From: an uncultured Fibrobacteraceae bacterium
GTDB taxonomy: Bacteria; Krumholzibacteriota; Krumholzibacteriia; LZORAL124-64-63
NCBI GenBank assembly: GCA_964630845.1
Contig: CAZVWL010000002.1
Coordinates: 1-45,941, forward strand
Reading direction: 5' to 3'
Length of the DNA stretch: 45,941 nt
The notes under the pieces: generated by a model
Database searches by the model: none
The model's input: only the letters and a program-made list of their open reading frames with translations
What the model was told of the DNA's origin: nothing
Part shown: one piece after another, positions 27,483 through 36,987 of the stretch
Position numbering within the stretch: the first letter of the stretch is position 1
Layout: the number at the start of each line of letters is the position of its first letter
Made by a program: the position numbers and the translations under genes

Positions 27483-29067
27483 ACGGGTCGGCAGCGGCGC
27501 CACCGCCGGCGGATCCCTGGTGCCGCCGGAGGGCTGGGCCAGCGTCCGGGAGCGAGGCTCGGGCGGCTGCGGTGCCGGATACCTGGTCCTGGTCACCGCC
27601 CTGGCCGCCCTGCTGCGTCTGTGGCGGCTGGACGGCATGTCGCTGTGGATCGACGAGGTCATGACCTGGAACCTCGTCACGCCGGACCATGGTCTGAGCT
27701 TCGGCGAGATCATGCGCCTGGCCTACCAGGGGCCGCTGTATCCGGCCGTGTTGTGGCCGCTCGTGCGCTGGCACGAGGCCGACGTCGTGCTTCGCCTGCC
27801 GGCCGCGTTGGCCGGCATCGCGGTCGTGCCGCTGTTCGGGGCCTTCGTCGCCCGTCTTTGGGACCGCATGGCGGGACGCCTGGCCGCCTTGCTGATGGCG
27901 CTCAGCCCGTTCGCCGTCTGGTACGCCCAGGAAGGGCGCGGCTACAGCTTCGTGATCCTGTTCGCCGTGCTGGCGGGCCTCGTGATGCAGGCCGCGGTCA
28001 GGCGCGGCGCGACGCTCGGTCGCATGCTCCTCTTGGCCCTGCTGGTCGCGGCCGGCATCACCAGCAACAATTCTTTCCTCATCTTGCTGGTCGCGTTCGG
28101 CCTGACCGTGCTGGTCGCCGCGCGGCCTTGGCAGGCGGGCCAGTGGCTGCGCTGGGGCATCGGGCTTGGCGGCGGCGTCGCCTTGGCGTCGCCGTGGCTG
28201 CTCGCGGCGGCCGGCATCTGGGAACTGGGACGCGTCGTGCCGGGCGTCGACACGGGCGAGGCGTTGCGCGGCGACACGACGTTCAGCCTCTGGGCGCTGC
28301 CGTTCTCGGGCCACGCGTTCTTCTACGGGTTCACGCTCGGGCCGTCGCTCACCGAACTGCACGCACCCGATCGGCTGGCGATGGTCCGAGAACACGCCCC
28401 GCTGGTGGCCGCGGGAGGCCTCGTGGCCGCCGCGGCCCTGCTGTTCGGCGCGCGCCGGCTGGGTCGGTCGCGGGCCTGGTTGCTGCTCTGGATCGCGGTG
28501 CCGATCGTGGTGGTCGTGTTGCTCGCGGCCCGCAACGTCAAGCCGTTCAACGTGCGCTACCTCGCGACCGCGTTCCCCTGGGTGCTGGCGATCGCGGCGG
28601 CGGGCATCGCCGGCCTGCCCGCGCGCGGGCGCGGGCTGCTGGCCGGCGCCCTCTGCGTGCTGAGCCTGGTGTCGCTGGGCGCTTACTTCCACGACGCCCG
28701 GCACGCGAAGGAGGACGTGCGGGGAGCGGTCGCGGCGATCACCGCGATGCCCGGTTCGGATCGGCCGCTGCTGGTGCCGGCCGTCGGCCCGGTGGTCCGC
28801 CACTACTGGCGAGGCACGAGTCCGGTGATCGGTCTCTACGGCGAGCCGCGGCCGGCCGATCCTGCGGCCGCCGACGCGATCGTGGCGCGGCGGCTGGCGG
28901 GACTGGACGAGGCCTGGATCGTCTGGGCGCGAACCTGGGACGTCGACCCGCGCCACCTGCTGCCCGGCGCGCTCGCCCGCGCCGGCACGCTCGAACGCGT
29001 GCACAGCGGCCCGCAGGTCGCGGTCGATCTCTGGCGCCGGCGGCCGGCGGCGGAGTCGGCGCCATGA
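27475..29067 (+). CDS. GT-C fold glycosyltransferase (GT39/GT83, ArnT/PMT_2-like) polytopic membrane protein
   Basis: LLRLWRLDGMSLWIDEVMTWN (the DE motif in the first loop), LRLPAALAGIAVVPLFGAFV, LSPFAVWYAQEGRGYS, and more than 10 hydrophobic segments followed by a soluble C-terminal domain. Confidence 0.75.
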   Translation: MTERVGSGATAGGSLVPPEGWASVRERGSGGCGAGYLVLVTALAALLRLWRLDGMSLWIDEVMTWNLVTPDHGLSFGEIMRLAYQGPLYPAVLWPLVRWHEADVVLRLPAALAGIAVVPLFGAFVARLWDRMAGRLAALLMALSPFAVWYAQEGRGYSFVILFAVLAGLVMQAAVRRGATLGRMLLLALLVAAGITSNNSFLILLVAFGLTVLVAARPWQAGQWLRWGIGLGGGVALASPWLLAAAGIWELGRVVPGVDTGEALRGDTTFSLWALPFSGHAFFYGFTLGPSLTELHAPDRLAMVREHAPLVAAGGLVAAAALLFGARRLGRSRAWLLLWIAVPIVVVVLLAARNVKPFNVRYLATAFPWVLAIAAAGIAGLPARGRGLLAGALCVLSLVSLGAYFHDARHAKEDVRGAVAAITAMPGSDRPLLVPAVGPVVRHYWRGTSPVIGLYGEPRPADPAAADAIVARRLAGLDEAWIVWARTWDVDPRHLLPGALARAGTLERVHSGPQVAVDLWRRRPAAESAP

Positions 29068-29753
29068 GCCTGGGCAATTTCTACGACGATCGCGGCGGGT
29101 ACGACGCCTTCATCGCGGACGTCAAGGCCGGCTACGATCGGCCGCTGGGTTCGGTCTACCGCGTCGTCAAGCGCCTGGTCGACCTTGTCGGCGCGTTGTC
29201 CGGCCTGGGCCTGCTGCTGCCCCTGCTGCCGCTGATCGTGGCGATGATCAAGCTCGAGAGCAGGGGCCCGGTCCTGTTCCTGCAGGTGCGTGTCGGCCAA
29301 CGGGGCAAACTCTTCCGCTGCTACAAGTTCCGCTCGATGACCGTGGACGCCGAAGAGCGCAAACAGGAGCTGGCGCACCTCAACGAGTTCTGCGGCGCCG
29401 CGTTCAAGATCAAGAACGACCCACGCATCACGAACGTCGGCCGCTTCTTGCGACGCAGCAGCCTCGACGAGTTCCCGCAGCTCTGGAACGTGCTGGTCGG
29501 CGACATGTCGATCGTGGGTCCGCGGCCGCAGATCCCGGCCGAGGTCGCCGAGTACTCGCCGCCACAGGCGTTGCGGCTGCTGGCCCGGCCGGGGTTGACG
29601 TGCCTGTGGCAGGTGTCCGGCCGCAGCCAGCTCGATTTCGACGAGTGGATGGAACTCGACCGCGAGTACGTGCGCCGGCGCAGCCTGCGTTACGAGCTGG
29701 AGATCCTGCTGCGCACCCTGCCGGCGGTGATCGAACGCAAGGGCGCCTACTGA
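29064..29753 (+). CDS. Monotopic phosphoglycosyl transferase (bacterial sugar transferase, PglC/WbaP C-terminal-type)
   Basis: KRLVDLVGALSGLGLLLPLLPLIVAMIKLESRGPVLFLQVRVGQRGKLFRCYKFRSM ... KNDPRITNVGRFLRRSSLDEFPQLWNVLVGDMSIVGPRP. ATGA overlap with the upstream gene. Confidence 0.9.
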   Translation: MSLGNFYDDRGGYDAFIADVKAGYDRPLGSVYRVVKRLVDLVGALSGLGLLLPLLPLIVAMIKLESRGPVLFLQVRVGQRGKLFRCYKFRSMTVDAEERKQELAHLNEFCGAAFKIKNDPRITNVGRFLRRSSLDEFPQLWNVLVGDMSIVGPRPQIPAEVAEYSPPQALRLLARPGLTCLWQVSGRSQLDFDEWMELDREYVRRRSLRYELEILLRTLPAVIERKGAY

Positions 29754-29778
29754 GCGCGGCGGCGCGCCGGGAGCTGGC

Positions 29779-30156
29779 ATGACCGTTCATGGCCTGGGCA
29801 CCGACATCGTCAGCGTCGCCCGCATCGCCGGCCTGGTGCAACGGCACGGTCCGCGCTTCCTGGATCGGGTCTTCCGGCCCGACGAGCAGCGGGTGCTCGC
29901 GCGGACCGGCGCCGCGGCGATGGCCGGCCTCGCGGCGCGCTGGGCGGCCAAGGAGGCCTTCGTCAAGGCCCTCGGGCCGCACGCCGCCGGGGTGCCTTAC
30001 CGCGATGTGGAGGTGATCCGGTCGCCGTCCGGCGCGCCGACGCTGCGCCTGCATGGAGCGGCGCAGAAGGCCCTGGACGCCGTCGGCGCCAGGCGCGCCC
30101 TGGTCACGCTCAGCCACGAGCACGACCATGCCGTGGCCACCGTCCTGCTCGTGTGA
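29779..30156 (+). CDS. acpS: Holo-[acyl-carrier-protein] synthase (4'-phosphopantetheinyl transferase)
   Basis: HGLGTDIVSVARI ... RWAAKEAFVKALG ... VTLSHEHDHAVATVLL. The protein is 125 aa. Confidence 0.88.
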   Translation: MTVHGLGTDIVSVARIAGLVQRHGPRFLDRVFRPDEQRVLARTGAAAMAGLAARWAAKEAFVKALGPHAAGVPYRDVEVIRSPSGAPTLRLHGAAQKALDAVGARRALVTLSHEHDHAVATVLLV

Positions 30157-30254
30157 TCCTGCCGGCGGTCGTGTCCCGGCTCTTGTCAGCCACGCCGTGA
30201 GCCTCTATGCTTGCGCTCCGATCTGCGACCGACGTGTAGTATTGCCGGCGCGAG

Positions 30255-31181
30255 GTGCTCAGACCCGTGACGAAGCTGGATTTCCTGCTCATCGACGTGT
30301 TCACCGACCGCGCCTTCGGCGGCAGTCGGCTGACCGTCTTCGCGGGCGGCGACGGGTTGACGCCCGGCCTGATGCACCGCCTGGCAAGGGAGATGGGTCC
30401 GGGCGAAACGGCGTTCCTGCTGGGAGCGCCGCCACCTGGCGGCAACCGGGGGCGCCTGCGGGTGTTCACGCCTCAGGTGGAACTGCCGTTCGCGGGACAT
30501 TCGCTGCTGGGCGCCACCTATGCGCTGGACGTGCTCGCCAAACGACGGCCGACCGACCACGAGGCGCCCTTCACCTGGGACCTGGAAACCGGCCACTACC
30601 AGGTGGTCACGCGGCAGACCGATCACGGCCTGATCTACAGCCTGCGCCACGACGCGCCGTCCTACCTGGGCGAGTACTACCATCGCGGCAAGGTCGCGCG
30701 GGCCCTCGGCCTGGAGGAAGGCGAACTGGCGATCACCGGGCTGCCCTGCGAGATCATCTCCACCGGGCTGCCGATCCACGTGGTGCCGGTCGGATCGCTC
30801 GCCGCGGTCCGGCGCGCATCGCTGCGCAAGGCCGAGGCCGACGCCATCGCGCGCGACCTCGGCTTCGGCGACCTCTTTCTGTTCACCTTCGAGACCGAGA
30901 CGGCCGGGGCGCTCGTGCACTGCCGCATGTTCGCGCCGCACCTGGGCATTCCCGAGGACCCCGCCAGCGGCGCCGCCTTCGGCGCGCTGGCCGCCTACCT
31001 GGTCAAGCACCGCCTGGCCCGCGCCACCGAACGGCTCGCCTTCATCGGCGAGCAGGGCCTGGAGATGGGTCGACCCAGCCGCCTCTTCGTCGAGGCGGCC
31101 ATCGAAGCCGGCCGCGCCGTGGACATCCACGTCGGCGGCCATTGCGTCCTGGTCGGGCGCGGGCAGATCCACCTGCCCTGA
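30255..31181 (+). CDS. PhzF-family isomerase-like protein
   Basis: LDFLLIDVFTDRAFGGSRLTVF ... ETAFL ... ELPFAGHSLLG ... CRMFAPHLGIPEDPASGAA. GTG at 30255; the in-frame GTG at 30267 is an alternative start. Confidence 0.8.
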   Translation: MLRPVTKLDFLLIDVFTDRAFGGSRLTVFAGGDGLTPGLMHRLAREMGPGETAFLLGAPPPGGNRGRLRVFTPQVELPFAGHSLLGATYALDVLAKRRPTDHEAPFTWDLETGHYQVVTRQTDHGLIYSLRHDAPSYLGEYYHRGKVARALGLEEGELAITGLPCEIISTGLPIHVVPVGSLAAVRRASLRKAEADAIARDLGFGDLFLFTFETETAGALVHCRMFAPHLGIPEDPASGAAFGALAAYLVKHRLARATERLAFIGEQGLEMGRPSRLFVEAAIEAGRAVDIHVGGHCVLVGRGQIHLP

Positions 31182-31238
31182 GCCGACGCCAAGCGCGGCG
31201 GGCAGGCCCGCCGCCTCAACCGCACGGAGGATCGCCGC

Positions 31239-32894
31239 ATGACCCGTTCCGCCGGACTGTCTCCCGAGATGACCGAGATGGTGGTGCAGACGCTCAGGCA
31301 GGTGGTGCAGCGCGAGCTGCCGGACGCCCGGGTGCTCGAGCTGGACGAGAAGGACATCTTCCCGCTCGACCTCATCCACAAGCTGCTGTCGCCCGAGGTC
31401 GGCCTGCACTTGATCTTCCTGCCCGAATCGGCCGGGGGACTCGGCGGCGGCGCGCGCGACATCTGCCGCGTGAGCGAGGAGATGGCGGCGGTGGACCTCG
31501 GCGTGGCCACCGCGTTCCTGGCGATCTGCCTGGGCACCGACCCCATCCTGGTCGGCGGCACACCGGCCCAGCAGGCCCACTGGCTGCCGCGCATCGCGCA
31601 GGGCCTGATCGTCGCCTACGGCGTGACCGAACCCGAGGCGGGCAGCAACGTGGCCGCCCTCAAGACGGTCGCCGATCCGATCACGGGCCCCGACGGCGTG
31701 GTCACCCATTACCGGCTCAACGGCGTCAAGCAGTGGATCACCAACGGCGGCGTGGCCGACCTCTACACGATCCTCGCCAAGACACCGGGCGGGCCGTCGT
31801 TCTTCGTCGTGGAGAAGGGCACGCCGGGCCTTTCGGCGGGCAAGCACGAGGAGAAGCACGGCATCCGCGCCTCGAACACCTCGGCGGTGATCCTCGAGGA
31901 CGTCGTGGTGCCCGCGGCCAACCTGGTCGGCGACGTCGAGGGCGAGGGCCTCAAGCAGGCCAACGCCGTCTTCGGTTACACCCGCCTGATGGTCGGCGCC
32001 TTCGGCCTCGGCGGCGGCCAGGGGGCGCTCGACCGCGCCCTGCGCTACGGCCGCGAACGCATCCAGTTCGGCACGCCGCTGGTCGAGAAGCAGGGGTACC
32101 TGCTGAAGCTCATCGCGCCCCACTGGATCGACCTCTGCGCCGGCCGCGCCTACGTCGAGGCGATCGCCGCGCGCATCGACGCCGGCGAGACCGCGTTGCA
32201 GGTCGAGGGGTCGGTGGCCAAGCTCTGGTGCACCGAGGCCGGCAACCGCGCGGCCGACGCCGCCATCCAGGCGCTCGGCGGCTACGGTTACAGCCGCGAG
32301 TACATGGTCGAGAAGATCCGCCGCGACGTGCGCATCACCTCGATCTACGAGGGCACCAGCGAGATCCAGCAGAACATCATCGGCATGTTCCGCTGGAAGG
32401 AGACCGTGCGCGGCAAGGGAGCGCTCTACGAGCAGCTGGCGGCCGCCAGCCTGGCGGTCCATGCCGCGCAACCCGATTGCGGGGCCGACCTCGCCGCCGC
32501 CGCCCTGCGCGGCGTGAACCTGGCGATCCTCGACGCCCACGAGACCAAGACCGTGCGCCAGCAGCTCGCCCAGTTCGCGCTGGCCGACGTGATCTGCCGC
32601 GCGGAGGTCGCCGCCGCCCTGTCGGCGCGCGCGGCCGAGCGACGGGCCGCAGGCGCGCCCGATGCCGACCTGCTGGCGGCGGCCGGCCGCGTGTTCGGGC
32701 GCCAGGCGGTGCTCGCCGTCCGCGACCTGGCGTTCCTGGTGGCCAGCGGGTTCGCGCCGGCCGGCGACGCCGAGGCGGCCGCTCGCGGCGAGGCGCTGGC
32801 GGCTCGCGTCACGGCGCCGCTGGCGGCGGGGTCGCTCGCCGGGATGTGGTCCGACCTCGCGCTCGTCGGCGACCTCCTCAAGCGCGGCGAATAG
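31239..32894 (+). CDS. Acyl-CoA dehydrogenase with a ~170-aa Ala-rich helical C-terminal extension
   Basis: AYGVTEPEAGSNVAALKT, QWITNGGVADLYT, FGTPLVEKQ, ALGGYGYSREYMVEKIRRDVRITSIYEGTSEIQ. The extension runs from about nt 32391. The stop lies 2 nt before the next start. Confidence 0.88.
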   Translation: MTRSAGLSPEMTEMVVQTLRQVVQRELPDARVLELDEKDIFPLDLIHKLLSPEVGLHLIFLPESAGGLGGGARDICRVSEEMAAVDLGVATAFLAICLGTDPILVGGTPAQQAHWLPRIAQGLIVAYGVTEPEAGSNVAALKTVADPITGPDGVVTHYRLNGVKQWITNGGVADLYTILAKTPGGPSFFVVEKGTPGLSAGKHEEKHGIRASNTSAVILEDVVVPAANLVGDVEGEGLKQANAVFGYTRLMVGAFGLGGGQGALDRALRYGRERIQFGTPLVEKQGYLLKLIAPHWIDLCAGRAYVEAIAARIDAGETALQVEGSVAKLWCTEAGNRAADAAIQALGGYGYSREYMVEKIRRDVRITSIYEGTSEIQQNIIGMFRWKETVRGKGALYEQLAAASLAVHAAQPDCGADLAAAALRGVNLAILDAHETKTVRQQLAQFALADVICRAEVAAALSARAAERRAAGAPDADLLAAAGRVFGRQAVLAVRDLAFLVASGFAPAGDAEAAARGEALAARVTAPLAAGSLAGMWSDLALVGDLLKRGE

Positions 32895-32896
32895 CC

Positions 32897-35020
32897 ATGG
32901 CCGCGGCCGCCACGCGGCGCCCGGCGGGACTGTCCGAGGCCGACGATCTGCTGCTCGCGGCCTGCGCGCGCGGCCTCGACCGCCGCGGCCTGGTGACGCC
33001 CGCCGTGCTGGTGCTCGGTTCCCTGGGGCCCCTGTCGTTCCTCGGGGGGCAGGCCCTGCGCTGCCTGGCGCCGTTTCTGCAGCTGGCGGCCGAAGGTCGC
33101 GACTGGGACCGCCTCGCGCAGCTGCTGGAGGTGCGTGGGGCGGTCGAACGCCTGCTGGCCCACCTCGAGGCCCTGCCGGGCACGCTGCTGCAGACGCTGG
33201 ACCGCCCGGTGCCCGAAGACGCGGCGCACGCGATCCTCGACTGTGGTTCGACCACGACCAAGGCCGTGCTCGTGGCGCGCCGGGACGGTCGTTATCGCCT
33301 GCTCGGCCGGGCGGAGTCGCCGACGACGGTCGAGGCGCCGACGGCCGACGTGATGGTCGGCGTGTGCTCGGCGTTGCGGCAGCTCGCCGCCGAGACCGGC
33401 CAGGAGATCCTGGACGACGAGGGCGCGTTGCGGGCCGCCACCGGCCCCGCGCATGGGGTCGGCTCGTTGCTGGCGACCAGCAGCGCCGGCGGCGGTCTGC
33501 AGATGATCGTGCTCGGGCTGGTCGACGCGATGACCGCGGCGAGCGCCGAGCGGGCCGCCCTGGGCGCCGGGGCCATCGTCACCGACGTGGTCAGCTACAA
33601 CGACGCCGAGGACGACACGACACGCCTCGAGCGCCTGCGGCGCGCGCGCCCGGACATGGTGCTGCTGGCCGGCGGCACCGACGGCGGCGCCCGCGCGCAG
33701 GTCGTCGCGCTGGCCGAGCAGCTGGCGGCCGCCGAGCTGCGACCCCGCTGGGGTGACGGGCCCTTGCCGGTCGTCTACGCGGGCAACGCGGAGGCCGCCG
33801 CCGCCGTGGTCGAGGCCCTCGCCGGGCGGGCCGAGGTCGCCGTCGCGCCGAACCTGAGGCCCGCGCTGGAGGCCGAGCGCCTCGATCCGGTGCGCGCGGT
33901 CCTGCACGAGGTCTTCCTGCGCCACGTGATGGCCCGCGCGCCCGGCTACCCTGGCCTGCAGCGGCTCTGCACCGCGCCCGTGCTGCCGACACCGGCGGGA
34001 TTCGGCGAGGCGCTGGCGTTGCTGGCCGACCGACGCGAGGGCGATGCCGTCGCCGTGGACCTCGGCGGCGCGACCTGCGACGTGTTCAGCGTGCGCGACC
34101 GGCGGGTGTATCGCAGCGTGTCGGCGAACGTCGGCCTCAGCTTCAGCCTCGGCGCGGTGTGCGACCGCGCCGGGTGGGAGCAGGTCGCGCGCTGGCTGCC
34201 CATGTCGGTCGGGGCCGACGACCTGCGTGACCGCGTCCGCAACAAGATGATCCGGCCGACGACCATCCCGCAGACGCCCGAGGATCTGCTGGTCGAACAG
34301 GCGGCCGCGCGCGAGGCCCTGCGTCTGGCCATGCAGGATCACGCGCGGGCGCTGCAGCCGATCTCGAGCGGCCGGGACGGCCCGACCGGCGTGGCCGCGC
34401 TGGCGGAGGTGCGGCCCGGCCCGACCGGCGTCGACTGGCCGGGCGTGCGCCTGCTGATCGGATCCGGCGGCCCCCTGGCGCACGCGCCTCGGCGCAGCCA
34501 GGCCGCCGCCATGCTCATCGACGCCTGCCGGCCGGAGGGCCTGACCGAGCTGGCGGTCGATTCGGTCTTCGTCTTGCCGCACCTCGGCGCCTTGCGCCAG
34601 GTCGACGAACGGGCCGCCGTCGACGTGCTCGAGGCCGACGCGCTGGTGGCGCTGGGGGTCTGCCTGGCGCCGGTCGGCGACGCGCCGGTTGCGGTCGGCG
34701 AGGTCCTGGCCGAGGTCGAACTCGTGGCGACAGGCGACGACGCGCCGCCCGTGGTCTGCACGCTGCACGGCGGCGACCTGCTGCGCCTGCCGCTGGCCAC
34801 GGATCAGGAACGGCGCCTGGCCGTGCGGCCGCGCCCGGGCTGGGATTTCGGCGGCGGGCGCGGTCGCCCCGTGGAAGCGCTGGTCCGTGGCGGCGCCGTC
34901 GGGGTGGTGCTCGACGGGCGCGGCAAGCTGCTCGCCTGGCCGCCGGCCGAACTGGCGCGACGGGAGCAGGTGTACCGCTGGTTGACGGCGCTGGACGCCA
35001 TGCCCGAGGGGGTGGTGTGA
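32897..35020 (+). CDS. GlmL/MutL-family ASKHA-fold ATPase (glutamate-mutase-L-like) with a ~110-aa N-terminal extension; orphan, with no B12 mutase nearby
   Basis: ILDCGSTTTKAVLV (phosphate-1), SSAGGGLQMIVLGLVDAMTAASAERAALGAGAIV, PDMVLLAGGTDGG, VVYAGN, NLRP...VRAVLHEVFLRHV, VLPTPAGFGEA, and VAVDLGGATCDVFSV (second ASKHA lobe). The N-terminal extension carries the hydrophobic segment LVTPAVLVLGSLGPLSFLGG. Only the last 707 aa of the 1655-aa track ORF are real. Confidence 0.8.
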   Translation: MAAAATRRPAGLSEADDLLLAACARGLDRRGLVTPAVLVLGSLGPLSFLGGQALRCLAPFLQLAAEGRDWDRLAQLLEVRGAVERLLAHLEALPGTLLQTLDRPVPEDAAHAILDCGSTTTKAVLVARRDGRYRLLGRAESPTTVEAPTADVMVGVCSALRQLAAETGQEILDDEGALRAATGPAHGVGSLLATSSAGGGLQMIVLGLVDAMTAASAERAALGAGAIVTDVVSYNDAEDDTTRLERLRRARPDMVLLAGGTDGGARAQVVALAEQLAAAELRPRWGDGPLPVVYAGNAEAAAAVVEALAGRAEVAVAPNLRPALEAERLDPVRAVLHEVFLRHVMARAPGYPGLQRLCTAPVLPTPAGFGEALALLADRREGDAVAVDLGGATCDVFSVRDRRVYRSVSANVGLSFSLGAVCDRAGWEQVARWLPMSVGADDLRDRVRNKMIRPTTIPQTPEDLLVEQAAAREALRLAMQDHARALQPISSGRDGPTGVAALAEVRPGPTGVDWPGVRLLIGSGGPLAHAPRRSQAAAMLIDACRPEGLTELAVDSVFVLPHLGALRQVDERAAVDVLEADALVALGVCLAPVGDAPVAVGEVLAEVELVATGDDAPPVVCTLHGGDLLRLPLATDQERRLAVRPRPGWDFGGGRGRPVEALVRGGAVGVVLDGRGKLLAWPPAELARREQVYRWLTALDAMPEGVV

Positions 35021-36165
35021 TGAGCGTCGGGCGCGTCGGCCCCATCGCCGAACCCGGCGCCGTCCTGCGACGGTCGCGGCTGCTGCCGGCGGCCGGCGAG
35101 GTGCTGCTGGACGTCGGCGACCGCGTCGAATGGAACACCACGGTCGCGCGCGCGCCGGGACGTGGCCGGCTGCACACGATCAACGCCGCGCGCATCCTCG
35201 ACATCCCGCCCGGCGAGGTGCCGGGAGCGCTCGTGGTGACGGTGGGCGCCGCGGTCGAGGTCGGCGAGGTCGTGGCCAGGACGCGGGGCCTCTGGGGGCT
35301 GTTCGCCGCGGTTTGCCGGGCGCCCGTCGCGGGTACGGTGGCGGCGGTCTCGCCACACACCGGGCGCATCCTGCTCGAGGAACCGGGCGCGCAGATCGCC
35401 GTGCAGGCGTTCCTGCCGGGCATCGTGGCCGCGGTGGTGCCGGACCGCGGCGTGACGGTGGCCGGCTGGGCGGCGCGCATCGCGGGCGTGTTCGGGGCCG
35501 GCGGCGAACGCTCGGGGCCTCTGCGGCAGGTGGTGGGGCGGGCGGATGCCGTGCTCGACGCGGCGCAACTCGACGAGGGCCTAACCGGCGCGGTCATCTT
35601 CGGTGGTTCCCTGGTGACGGCGGCGGCGTTGCAGCGGGCGGCGGCGCTCGGCGTCGTCGGCCTGATCACCGGCGGCGTGCACGATCGCGACCTGACGGCG
35701 CTGCTCGGGCAGCCCAGCGTGCTGGCCGACACCACGGCAGCCGACCCGCCGCTGACCATCGTCGTGGTGGGGGGCTTCGGCCGCGTGCCGCTGTGGGACG
35801 ACGTGTTCACGCTGCTGCGCGCCCACGCCGGGCGCCGGGCCTGCGTGGTGGGGCGCACGAGGGTGCGGGCGGGAGCCGAGCGGCCGGAGGTCATCATTCC
35901 GCTGGACGGCGGACCGGAGCAAGCGTCGGCCCCGGTCTTGGCGGCCCCTACGCTGACGCCCGGCTGCCGGGTGCTCGTCGCGCGGGGTCCCTGGTTCGGC
36001 TGCACCGGCCGGGTCGGGCGGCTGCCCGCCGAACCTTGCCGGATCGAGAGCGAGGCGCGCTGCCCGGTCGCGGACGTCGATCTCGACCGGGGTGGCACGG
36101 CGCGCGTCGCCCTGGCCAATCTCGAACTCCTCGGCGGTCCGCAAGCGATCGGAGGTGGAGGATGA
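35017..36165 (+). CDS. Hypothetical protein: lipoyl/biotinyl-like barrel-sandwich hybrid motifs plus a C-terminal KOW-like motif
   Basis: GTGA overlap (or the ATG at 35020). VLLDVGDRVEWNTTVA and VTVGAAVEVGEVVARTRG...CRAPVAGTVAAVSPHTGRILLE fit the V.xGdxVxxGxxLa...aPvsGtV pattern. There is no AMKM biotinylation site. The C-terminal GCRVLVARGPWFGCTGRVGRL is KOW-like. I recognise no named family. Confidence 0.6.
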   Translation: MMSVGRVGPIAEPGAVLRRSRLLPAAGEVLLDVGDRVEWNTTVARAPGRGRLHTINAARILDIPPGEVPGALVVTVGAAVEVGEVVARTRGLWGLFAAVCRAPVAGTVAAVSPHTGRILLEEPGAQIAVQAFLPGIVAAVVPDRGVTVAGWAARIAGVFGAGGERSGPLRQVVGRADAVLDAAQLDEGLTGAVIFGGSLVTAAALQRAAALGVVGLITGGVHDRDLTALLGQPSVLADTTAADPPLTIVVVGGFGRVPLWDDVFTLLRAHAGRRACVVGRTRVRAGAERPEVIIPLDGGPEQASAPVLAAPTLTPGCRVLVARGPWFGCTGRVGRLPAEPCRIESEARCPVADVDLDRGGTARVALANLELLGGPQAIGGGG

Positions 36166-36971
36166 GCGGCTGGTGGGACCCCGCGACCTGGAACCTCGCC
36201 GTGACCCTGGCCGCCGTCGCGGGCCTCATCGGCTGGGGCATCTGGCGCACGCGCCGTCGCGGGTTGCCTGCCGTGCGACGCATCGCCGGCGTCGAGGCCA
36301 TCACGGCCGCCGTCGGCCGGGCGACCGAACTGGGCCGGCCGGTCTTCTACGTGGCCGGCACGCAGGACCTCGACGACGTGCAGACCGTGGCCAGTCTGGG
36401 CATCCTGGGCGCGGTCGGGCGTTTGACCGCGCGTCATGGCTGCACCCTGGTGATGCCGACGGACCGCAGCCTGGTGCTGGCCACCGCGCGCGAGGTCCTG
36501 CGCGAGAGCTACACGCAGACCGGCCGGCCGGACGGCTACTCGCCGGACATGGTCACGTACATCTCGGACGACCAGTTCGGCTTCGCCGCCCGCGTCGACG
36601 GCATGATCGCCCGCCAGAAGCCCGCCGCCTGCTTCCTGCAAGGAGCGTTCTACGCCGAGGCGCTGCTGCTCGCGGAGGCTGGCGCCCAGGTGGGCGCGGT
36701 GCAGGTCGCCGGCACCGCCATGAGCCACCAGCTGCCGTTTCTGGTGGCCGCTTGCGATCACGTGCTGATCGGCGAGGAGTTCTTCGCCGCGGAGGCTTAT
36801 CTCAGCGGCGATGGGCAGAAGCTCGGCAGCCTGCGCGGTCAGGACCTGCTGAAGGACGTCGTGATCGTGCTGGTGCTCGCGGGATCGGCGCTGGTCGGCG
36901 CGGCCTCGTTGACCGAGAGCGCGTGGCTTATGACCGCGCGCGATGCGTTGCTGAGGCTGCTGCAGCCATGA
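36162..36971 (+). CDS. Hypothetical N-terminally anchored protein (paralogue of the 37695-38585 product)
   Basis: ATGA overlap. TM segment WNLAVTLAAVAGLIGWGIW, a domain with GRPVFYVAGTQD and VAGTAMSHQLPFLVAACDHVLIGEEFFAAEAY, and a C-terminal hydrophobic segment VVIVLVLAGSALVGAA. Confidence 0.6.
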   Translation: MSGWWDPATWNLAVTLAAVAGLIGWGIWRTRRRGLPAVRRIAGVEAITAAVGRATELGRPVFYVAGTQDLDDVQTVASLGILGAVGRLTARHGCTLVMPTDRSLVLATAREVLRESYTQTGRPDGYSPDMVTYISDDQFGFAARVDGMIARQKPAACFLQGAFYAEALLLAEAGAQVGAVQVAGTAMSHQLPFLVAACDHVLIGEEFFAAEAYLSGDGQKLGSLRGQDLLKDVVIVLVLAGSALVGAASLTESAWLMTARDALLRLLQP

Positions 36972-36987
36972 CGAAGGAGTCCGGCGC

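Noticed and set aside
30053-35020. 1655-aa + strand ORF
   Set aside because: It is chimeric. The upstream part is an alternative frame of acpS, the PhzF-like gene and the ACAD. The genuine CDS starts at the ATG at 32897, 2 nt after the ACAD stop, where the GlmL motifs begin.
35017-36165. Possibility that the barrel-sandwich protein is a biotin or lipoyl carrier related to the nearby accB
   Set aside because: It has no (E)AMKM or DK(A/S) modification motif, and accB at 40965 is complete and canonical. Only the generic hybrid-barrel pattern is present.
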